The notes beneath the pieces are model-generated. The model saw nothing but the letters and a program-made list of their open reading frames with translations, was not told where the DNA came from and ran no database searches. A program made the position numbers and the translations under genes. Shown one piece after another: positions 24,454-34,608 of a stretch of 64,000 nt of DNA. Numbering within the stretch: the first letter of the stretch is position 1; every line of letters starts with the position of its first letter. The DNA comes from Octopus vulgaris (lineage: Eukaryota), in assembly GCA_951406725.2 (NCBI GenBank), contig OX597827.1, forward strand, positions 3,286,001 through 3,350,000. Direction: 5' to 3'.

Positions 24454-25930
24454 ATATCATCGTGATCACCATGACCGACCAGGCTATCAGATGTTGCTAC
24501 ACATCGCTGGTCACAATGCTCTTCACATTGTTTTAGCCTTCAAATGATGCCACCCCGCTGGCTAAGCGAGAAGGGCAATATATGTATATATATATATGTG
24601 TGTGTGTGTATGTGTGTATATATATATGAATGAGGTACACATGTATCTCTCCTACACCCGTTCCAGTCCCTCTTTCCTACTGTAGCCTCTCTAAACTTGG
24701 CACAAAGCTACTCCACTCAATATTACACCCTACTCTGTTGAGGGATCTTGTCTCACAAGTTACTTGGTGACACCACAAGTGCTGGTACTACAAAAAGAAA
24801 AAAATCACCAGCTACTTTCTGTAAATTTGTTGGCATTAGAAAAGGCATCCAACTGTAGAAAACTTGCCAAAGCAGACCCTAGAAACCAATGCAGCCCTTA
24901 TGCTCGTTAGTTGCTGTCAAACCATGAAGCCTAAACATTAAATGATGTGGTATAGTGCATAGGCAAAGGCATGGCTATATGGTTAAGAAACTGGCTTCCT
25001 AACCATGTGGTATCAGGTTCAGTCCCTCTGTGCATCACCTAGGGCAAATGTCTTCTACCACAGCCCCATCCAACTATAAAGCCATGTGACTGGATTTGGA
25101 AGAGGGAAACTGAAAAATGTGTGTGTGTGTGTTTTTGTGTTTTGTCCTTGCCCTGACATCACGTAAAGGTTGTAAATGAGCAGCACCGTCAGGCAAGCAA
25201 GGTCATTCATTTCCAATTTTTTTGTGAGAAATATATCTAACCATCGGAATACATTATCTCACTTGGAAACACTTAAGGGCCGGATGACGGGAAAGGCGTC
25301 TGTCTGACCCATGCAAGCATAGGAAAATGGACGTTAGATGATGATGACAAAGTTTGTGTGTGTGTGTGTGTGTGTGTTTGTGTGTGTGTGCGTGTTTGTG
25401 TGCGTGCGTGCGCAAATTGATTTACTAACTGAAGCAAAATGTTGGGCTTATCTAATGCACATTGCGATTCTGCGATTTTGTGGGAAAAGTTATGTTAAGT
25501 CCCTAATGAAATTGATCTGGCAGCCTTGAACGAACCAACGATAGCGACTCAACGTGATTACACGACCTGCTAGAAAAAGTAGCCAAATACCCCTCATAAC
25601 ACACTCCTCTTGCCTATAAAAAAAAAACAAAAAAAAAACAGACACACTGATAATAAAATCTTCGTTTTTTAGCATATGAGGAAAATATGGGGTGGTCAAG
25701 GGTGGAATTTTTTTGAGCATGCGTCAACTCAATCAGAGCTGACCTAGGCTCAAACGCCAACATAATATGTTTCTAAACGTAGAATTTTCAAGTAATTTCA
25801 ACAGAGTAAACAAATTAATGATGGGACAGAGTAGCCTCCCTTACATAAAGAAACATCAAACTCGCGGCTTCTGACATGAAATTACTTTGATGTGTAAATG
25901 TATTAAGTTTATAGGGATTAACATGTCCGA

Positions 25931-26021
25931 TATACATATACATATATATATATACACACACACACACATATATATATACACACACACACACACATATATA
26001 TATATACACATACACGCACAC

Positions 26022-26066
<45 letters not shown>

Positions 26067-26077
26067 CACACACACAC

Positions 26078-26110
<33 letters not shown>

Positions 26111-26167
26111 TATATATATACACACACACACACATATATATATATACACACACACACATATATATAT

Positions 26168-26204
<37 letters not shown>

Positions 26205-26256
26205 TATATATATATATACACATATATATATATACATATATACATATATATATACC

Positions 26257-26306
<50 letters not shown>
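25931..26306. repeat. Alternating (TA)n(CA)n compound microsatellite
   Basis: Directly visible. Confidence 0.97.
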
Positions 26307-26308
<2 letters not shown>

Positions 26309-27403
26309 ACGTATTTAAACGTATTTTTTCCTATTTGAATTTTTTTCTTCATAAAATACAAATTTATATTTATTTTCGTTAATGTGCAAAGTCAATTTAA
26401 TTACAAACTGCAAACGGACACACATTTTTTTTACTAGTTTTCTGATAGGAAAAATAAATAAAACATAAAATATGCAAATATCTTAAATATTGATATATTA
26501 ATATAAATATTGATTTCGATTTTTAATATGAGTACTCGGCCACAAATTTCAATGGTGGAGAAGTATCTAAGACGATTAAATGGATACATGGACCTCAAAC
26601 TTCACGGATCCTTTTTATTTTTATTGACTCTGGAGAGATGGGGAATTACAACCGTGTTTCGTGGTCTGCTACCACAACAGCTCCTTTATAGGATCCAGTT
26701 AGCTCAAGACATCATCAGAAGGAACCACGTCCGGTTTTGGCCCCTACTCCTCTACCGTTTTGACGTGGCGGAGCCCCCCTTTCGGAGGTGTCTTCAGCTC
26801 TGGTGTTGGGTGCATGTCTTCTTTCTTCTTCTTTCTTCTGTTCCCTGGCCTCAGGCCGACCCTGGGAAATTTGAACTCAGAACATAAAGAATCCTAACCA
26901 CAATGTACTTTGTCCACCCCTCCACCAATTCTGCAAATACTTTGCTAAAAGAACGATAGTGTTCTTTAGCCCCAGGTCAATCTTTATTTAACTGATGATC
27001 TATTGTTATTCATCCCACACAGAGTGTGTGTTTAAGAAGTTTGCTTTCCGAACACGTGGGTTTTGGGGGTTCAGTCACAGCAGAGAACCTCAGGCGAGTG
27101 TCTTCTATAACTGAGAGCTGACCAGAACCTTGAATAAGTTTGATAGATGTACACTGAAAGAGGCTTATCGTGTGTGTGTGTGTGTGTGTGTTTCTTGTCC
27201 TGACATCATGTGTTAGTTGTAAATGGGTGTCATTCTCAAACAAGCAATGACATTCATTTTCAGCCTTTCTTGAAAACATGTCTAACCAAAAGGGAATATT
27301 ACCTTACTCGAAAACAGATGAGGGTTGGAGACATTAAAGAAAAATGGGTGGTCTAGAGCTGAAAAGATAAGGTGAAGTTGCATAGGAGTGCAACTCATAA
27401 GGC

Positions 27404-27614
27404 TGAGGGAGTGCTGAAAAGTTCCTGGCTTTGAGTAAAAGAAAATACAAGAGAATCAGTTAATTATGATTTTATTCAACACATTCCCTTCTTAGATTCA
27501 CACACTTATCGCAGCAGTCCTTCAGTTTTTCTAAGTATTATAAAAGAACGTTAGTCTTCCAACCAGGGTTTCCACAATACCTTCAAAGCCAAGAACTTTT
27601 CAGCAACCCTTCAT
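27404..27614. mobile_element. Mariner-type MITE (~210 bp); second copy at 61731-61952
   Basis: TIRs GAGGGAGTGCTGAAAAGTTCCTGGCTTT / AAAGCCAAGAACTTTTCAGCAACCCTTCA, TA flanks, and a shared interior in both copies. Confidence 0.8.
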
Positions 27615-28235
27615 ATGTATGTATGTATATATATATTCTTTTATTCTTTTATCCGTTTGAGTAATTTGACTGTGGTCATTCTGGAGCACCGTCTTTAATC
27701 AAGTACCCCAGGACTTATTCGTTGTAAGCCTAGCACTTATTCTATCTGTCTCTTTTGCCAAACCGCTAAGTTACGGGGACATAAACATACAAGTATTGGT
27801 TTTCAAATGATGGTAGGTGGGGGACAAACACAGACATACAACCATATATGTATATATATATATATATATGACAGGCTTCCTTCAGTTTCCGTCTACCAAA
27901 TTTACTCACAAGGCTTTGGTCAGTTCAAGGCTTTAGTAGAAGACACTTGCCCAAGGTGCCACGCAGTGGGACTGAACCCAGAACTATGTGGTTGGTAAGC
28001 AAGCAACTTACCACACAGCCATGAATATATACAGGGTTATATCCAATTTCATTACGCAATATTTTAATAAGGAAAAGCAATAGAAAATTAGAATATATAA
28101 TGAAGTTTGTTAATTTATTTGAAGCTAAAAATTTATTCCACTCTGGTGAAATTACCTTTGGAACAGGAAACTCAGATTTGCATGGAAGTGTAACTTAAGC
28201 TTCAATTATGTTAAGGTAAATATGTATGTGTGTGT

Positions 28236-28408
28236 ATATATATATATATATACACACACATTCACATACATACCTATACAATGTCTAATATGTATATAAA
28301 TATATAATATGTCAATATATATATATATATATATAAATATATATACACACATTCACAGACATACCTATACAATGTCTAATATGTATATATTTGAAGCTAA
28401 AAATTTAT

Positions 28409-28450
<42 letters not shown>

Positions 28451-28500
28451 TCACATACATACCTATACAATGTCTAATATGTATATAAATATATAATATG

Positions 28501-28541
<41 letters not shown>

Positions 28542-28596
28542 TTCACATACATACCTATACAATGTCTAATATGTATATAAATATATAATATGTCTA

Positions 28597-28629
<33 letters not shown>

Positions 28630-28679
28630 TTCACAGACATACCTATACAATGTCTAATATGTATATACACTTATGTCTA

Positions 28680-28700
<21 letters not shown>
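28236..28700 (+). repeat. Composite minisatellite: ~5 units of (TA)nCACACATTCACATACATACCTATACAATGTCTAATATG...
   Basis: Unit recurs about every 85-100 bp. Confidence 0.9.
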
Positions 28701-28721
<21 letters not shown>

Positions 28722-29330
28722 ATGTAAATATATATATGTGTGTGTGTGTGTGTATGTATATATATATAATATGTCTAATATATATATATATATATGAAAT
28801 ATAATATAATATAGGTAAAAATGTCTAGGGACACACTGTGCATGAAAACCAAATAGTAAGGTCAGGTCAGTGCTAACATACCTAATGTAGTGGGACAAAA
28901 ATATTCCAATTAAAATTACACACTTGACAAAGAAAAACAATTTATGAGTTAAATTATAAATTCTGGTTAAGAAAATTTGGTGACAATAAGTATAAATATT
29001 CACTGTGGTGCAGGTGCAATAAATAAAGCTAATTATATCTACCTTCAGAATCAGTGGCAGCATAGAAGTCATTGGCTGCTTTGTACTAAGAATCTTTTGC
29101 ACTAAATAAATAAATAACTATACTCTTTACTCTTTTACTTGTTTAAGTCATTTGACTGCGGCCATGCTGGAGCACCGCCTTTAGTCGAGCAAATCGACCC
29201 CGGGACTTATTCTTTGTAAGCCCAGTACTTATTCTATCAGTCTCTTTTGCCAAACCGCTAAGTGACGGGGACGTAAACACACCAGCATCGGTTGTCAAGC
29301 AATGCTAGGGGGACAAACACAGACACACAA

Positions 29331-29375
<45 letters not shown>

Positions 29376-29850
29376 TACGACAGGCTTCTTTTAGTTTCCA
29401 TCTACCAAATCCACTCACAAGGCTTTGGTCGGCCCGAGGCTATAGTAGAAGACACTTGCCCAAGGTGCCACGCAAAAGGGACTGAACCCGGAACCATGTG
29501 GTTGGTTAGCAAGCTACTTAGCACACAGCTACTCCTGCGCCTTGTAGATAAATAAATAAGAAGCTTGCTTTCCAGTTACATGATTCTGGGTTCAGTCCTG
29601 CTGTACGGCACCTTGGGAAAGTGTCTTCTACTATAGCCTCAGCCTGACTGAAACCTTGCGAGTGGATTTAGTAGATGGAAACTGAAAGAAGCGCGTTGTG
29701 TGTGTGTGGGTGTGTTAGGAAGGGCATCCAACCATAGAAACCATGCCAAAATAGACATGGTGCCCGTACAGCTCTTCAGCTGGTCAATTCCTGTCAATCT
29801 GTCCAGCCCATGCCAGCATGGAAAACAAATGTTAGATGATGATGATGATG

Positions 29851-29889
<39 letters not shown>

Positions 29890-30538
29890 TATATATATCA
29901 TCATCACCCACTTGACAACTAGTGTTGGTGTGTTTGCATCTCTGTAACCTAGCAGTTTGGCAAAAGAGACTGATAGAATAAGTACCAGGTTAAAAAGTAA
30001 AATGTACTGGGGTCAAATGAATTCTTTTTATACCAGAATACATGTATACACCCACTCACATGCATGTGCAGGGACAAAATATGTATATGAAGGAAATATA
30101 GGAAACGGTAATGTTCATGTCTTTCCCAGGGTATTTAGCAAACTAAGTCATGGGACTCGGTCGGGTGCAGGCATAGCTGTATAGTTCAAGCGCTCATTTT
30201 ATAACCATGTGGTTTTGGGTTCAGTCCCACTGCATGGCACCTTGGGTGAGTGTTTTCCACAATAGCTCTGAGCTGACCAATTTCTGGTAGACAGAAATTG
30301 TATGGAAACCCAATGTATGTGTATATCTCTCTTTTACTTGTTTAAGTCATTTGACTGCGGCCATGCTTGAGCACCGCCTTTCGTCGAGCAAATCGACCCC
30401 AGGACATATTCTTTGAAAGCCTAGTACTTATTCTATCGGTCTCTTTTGCCGAACCGCTAAGTAACGGGGACATAAACACACCAGCATCGGTTGTCAAGCA
30501 ATGCTAGGAGGACAAACACAGACACACAAACACACACG

Positions 30539-30582
<44 letters not shown>

Positions 30583-31056
30583 TACGACGGGCTTCTTTCA
30601 GTTTCCGTCTACCAAATCCACTCACAAGGCTTTGGTCGGCCCGAGGCTATAGTAGAAGACACTTGCCCAAGGTGCCACGCAGTGGGACTGAACCCGGAAC
30701 CATATGGTTGGTAAACAAGCTACTTACCACACAGCCACTCCTGCGCTTATATATATATATATATAAGAATTTTTTGCGTAATAAGATAAGTTGCCAACAG
30801 GAAGGACATCTAGCAATAAAACTCCTACCCCAATAATTCCATGCCACTCATGCTGGGAATGGCAAAACAAACATTAACCCTTTAACATTTAAACGGGCTA
30901 TATCCAGCTCAAATATTCCACTTGTTTTGTGATTCAACTGTTCAGATCAGGCTTCTCACACCCGTCCTATAATGTCATCTAAAAATATACAATCACCTCA
31001 TCAAAATCTCAAAGCTACACAATGAGGCAGGATTAATTCAAAACAATGTGAATAAA

Positions 31057-31272
31057 CAACTGCAGGGTGGAAGGTGTTTATAAGCCATTTAAGAAACTCA
31101 CAAAAACCGTTTAGATTCACTTCAATATTTAAATTAAATTTAAATGTTGAAGTGAATCTAACAATTTTTGTGTGTTTCTTAAATGGCTTATAAACACCTT
31201 CCACGCTGCAATTGTTTTTGTTCCAGCACACGATCTCAGATCAGGTCACTTGCTATGCAAGTACATCTCTGT
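31057..31272. mobile_element. Asymmetric palindromic insertion (~80-bp arms plus 55-bp unique end) with 12-bp TSD, nested in a piggyBac-like MITE (30874-31328)
   Basis: Arms 31054-31135 / 31137-31217; AATGTGAATAAA at 31045-31056 and 31273-31284. Confidence 0.8.
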
Positions 31273-31877
31273 AATGTGAATAAATAAGTATAAAATTGGA
31301 CAGAGTGATCTGAGTGCCAAACGGTTAAACAGATGACAATCCCATATTCCCTCTCTCTCTCTCTCTCTCTCTTTCTCTGTTCCTTTTATCATACTTTATC
31401 TTTTTCTTACCTGGCATAAAGCCATCTCCCTAATAACTGCTCCCCACTCAGTTGAGAAGACTTACTCTTAAGGGTTACTCGGTCGCCTTAGGGCACCAGT
31501 GTCACATACAAAGCATCCAGTGCACACTGTAAAATGGCTGGCGTTAAGAAGGGCATTCAGCCACAGAAACAATGTCAAAGCAAACATGGAACCTGACATG
31601 GGAGCTTGTAAGCTCATGTTGAATCCTCTGACCCATGCCAACATGGAAAACAAATGTTAAATGATTATGAGTTTGGTGATGATGATGATATACATATATA
31701 TATATATATATATATACAGACACACTAGCATAGTTAGGGGGGCAGTAGGGGCAGTCCACCCCAGGTGGCACTTTTAAAGGGGCACTACTTTTGGGTCTGC
31801 TGTAGGAAATATGTGTCTTTTGCATGGTCCGGGGGTGGCACACACTCAAGTTACACTAGTGTATGTGTATGTATGTA

Positions 31878-31914
<37 letters not shown>

Positions 31915-32002
31915 ACACACACACATAAATATACATATATATAAGCCTAAATAATCCTTATTTTTAAAAGTCTTATTTATGAATGTTGGAAATATATATG
32001 TA

Positions 32003-32034
<32 letters not shown>

Positions 32035-32465
32035 CATATATATATATACATATATATATATAAATATCACTTTCCACAGATACATAGCAACCCACCAGAT
32101 TCACAGAGGCTAGTTCACATCTTACCAAGATTCTAGTCATAAAACACACAATCCAACTTAGAGGTGATTTATTACTTCAAACATTGAAATGAATATCTTT
32201 TCTTTTTACTTCAATCTTTTTAGCTTGCATCTCACAAAGTCAGCAAAATCAAATAAAAATCTGATTTTCATATATTTTTTCCTATTTTATTATTCATTTT
32301 ATCTTTTACTTTTACTTATATTTTATCTTGATTTATTTTGTATTTTTATTTATTTAATTATGTTATTTAATTAATTAATTTATTTCATTTTTGTAAAATA
32401 TTCTATACAATGCAATATTGATTTCTAATACTGTCACAAGAATACAGATTCAAAGAATGTGAGCA

Positions 32466-32829
32466 TCTCTCTATATAGAAACGGCAAAATGTCTGTGTGT
32501 ATGTCCTTTATACAAATCCACAATTTTTCAGTTAGAGGGCTCACACTCTCTATGGTCATTTAAAACCGTCCAAGGGTGGTCGTGCACATCTTTACATTTC
32601 CCCAGTCACCCCACAAAGCCATTAAAAAATCAATAGAAGTGACTTTTTTGTGAATTTTCTATCCAAAACCCACTCAAAATGCCCGAAACTTGATAGGCCA
32701 ATTGAACGCCAGCTAGCTGCATGTGATTGGTCAGAGATTTGGACAGTACTCGCGTGTATGTGCACACACACACAGCTGTATATGCATGCACTAGCACTAT
32801 GACCCAGCAACGCCGGGTCATAGTGCTAG
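32466..32829 (+). mobile_element. Non-autonomous Helitron (~365 bp)
   Basis: A|TC 5' end, 3' hairpin ending CTAG|T, no TSD; two further copies in the window. Confidence 0.85.
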
Positions 32830-32849
32830 TATTAGAATATATCTGTCAC

Positions 32850-33570
32850 TCTATATTACTGGTATGTAACCCATGACAATTGAAGGGATGAAGAAACAGG
32901 CCAGTCAGGGCAATATTCCAAGTCAGAAAGTAAATCAACATAAACGTATGGTATAAAATATTTATGGTGGTGTCTGAATTTGAGAAAGATTCTACATGAC
33001 AAATTAGCAGCAAGTGCAGCCTTTGTACAAATGAATTATGTCTGAAACATATTTGAACTAACCTAAATGTTTGTTTGTTTGCAACACTGCCCCAGAACAC
33101 ACCAGTCACATCAACAAGTTTGTCAATTGTTTTCTCCAAGATCAGTTCATGAATTTTTGTGATGTTTTCATTTGTTTGGGTGGTCAGTGGTCATCCTGAA
33201 TGAGGTTGGTCGTCAAGCAACAAGTGACCATTCCAAAAGGATTAGAAACCACTCGTAAACTTGTGTTTTGCTCTCATGGCAGCATTCTTGTAAGCTGTTT
33301 GAAGCATGACAACTGTTTTGGCTGCCATTTTTCTCAGTAGAAAGCGGAATTTCACAGAAGCATGTTGTTCCTTCATTTCAACCATCACAAAAATCGATGG
33401 ACAGAGGAGAAGCACTGCAAAACAAATATGCACCACAGGGCAGTACGACTTCACATGATGCTGCTGGTCAGCAGACCGATGCCTGAGGGTTGCATCAAGT
33501 GGCAGAAGCCTGAACCAGAATAGGTTTGTCCCACAGAGAATGTTTCCAGTTACTTTTGGGACCCCCTTGT
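32850..33570 (-). mobile_element. Decayed mariner (GVQW3-like HTH) transposase with TIR-like 5' end
   Basis: MKEQHASVKFRFLLRKMAAKTVVMLQTAYKNAAM... /VYEWF/ ...DDQPHSG*PLTTQTNENITKIHELILE.../TIDKLVDVTGV; frameshifted. Terminus CAAGGGGGTCCCAAAAGT. Confidence 0.8.
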
Positions 33571-33599
33571 GTATGTGTATATATATATATATATATATA

Positions 33600-33836
33600 C
33601 TTTATTTAAAGCAGCAGAAAATTCAACAAAATCTGTTACTCTGAGATTCTCGTTGCCGTTCATCAGACAGTTTTTGCTATAATTTTAGCAAAAACTGTCT
33701 GATGAACGGCAACGAGAAACTCAGAGTAACAGATTTTGTTGAATTTTCTGCTGCTTTAAATAAAGCATATTACTCTACCACTGGTATTTGAGTACTCTTT
33801 TTTCCACCTTGTTTCACATTTATGTGTTTACTCCAG
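33600..33836 (+). mobile_element. Head-to-head palindromic HHR element (80-bp arms, 33600-33765) with unique 3' tail, inserted in (TA)n
   Basis: Arms are reverse complements around taattt (33680-33685); each arm contains the HHR. Confidence 0.85.
33691..33737 (+). ncRNA. Minimal type I hammerhead motif (GUA site)
   Basis: AAAACUGU CUGAUGA ACG-GCAA-CGA GAAA CUC-A-GAG UA ACAG AUUUU. Core intact, GNRA loop 2, A-A mismatch closing stem II. Confidence 0.8.
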
Positions 33837-34161
33837 TATATATATATATATAAAAGGTACAAGGAGATTTATTTCATTTCTTCTCCCTTTCTAGACATAA
33901 ACAACCACAATAATTATCACTGATGAGCAATATTCTTCCACTGATACATATGTTTAACCTGTCTCACTTCAATGACAGGATATTTGGCCTATGGAATCCT
34001 CACTTGACATGATGTTCCAATAGCTGGGATATTTTAGAAACAGCTGTTAGAGATGATGTAAACCATTTATTATATAGATACATTAAATGTCCTTGTCAAG
34101 TCTTGCCAAACTGTTTGCCCATACTTTCTTTTCTGCTTTTATGTATGTATATATATATATA

Positions 34162-34231
34162 CTTGATTAAAAAGCAGCAAAAATATCACAAAAACTGTTA
34201 CTCAGAGTTTCATATTTCTGTTTGTCAGACA
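34162..34231 (-). mobile_element. Degenerate truncated copy of the same HHR element, between TA tracts
   Basis: UGU CUGACAA ACAGAAAUAU GAAA CUCUGAG UA ACAGUUUU. Confidence 0.7.
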
Positions 34232-34234
34232 TAT

Positions 34235-34290
<56 letters not shown>

Positions 34291-34292
<2 letters not shown>

Positions 34293-34608
34293 GGAGTAAA
34301 CACATAAATGTGAAACAAGGTGGAAAAAAGAGTACTCAAATACCAGTGGTAGAGTAATATGCTTTATTTGGAAGAAACAGAAAATTAACAAAATCTGTTA
34401 TGTTTGTGTGTCTGAGTTTGTCCCCTAGCATTGCTTCAATCAGACAGTTTTTGCTAGAATGGAACTGATATATCAATTCAATCGATTATCAATTCAAAAG
34501 ATTGAATTGATATATCAGTTCCATTCTATATAAAACTGTCTGATGAACGGCATTACGAGAAACTCAGAGTAACAGATTTTGTTGAATTTTCTGCTGCTTA
34601 AAATAAAG
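34291..34608. mobile_element. Second palindromic copy of the HHR element, flanked by (TA)n; tail on the left arm
   Basis: 34291-34362 is the reverse complement of 33765-33836; the arms meet at ~34480-34500. Confidence 0.85.
34532..34580 (+). ncRNA. Minimal type I hammerhead motif (GUA site)
   Basis: AAAACUGU CUGAUGA ACG-GCAUUA-CGA GAAA CUC-A-GAG UA ACAG AUUUU. Confidence 0.78.

Noticed and set aside
26655-26805. Two minus-strand CUGANGA...GAAA matches (CUGAUGA at ~26718, CUGAAGA at ~26797)
   Set aside because: No consistent stem I/II/III with a UH triplet; the second GAAA is simply a hairpin tetraloop
26510-26887. 125-aa plus-strand ORF
   Set aside because: Non-ATG start, no recognisable motif, and it runs into a SINE B fragment
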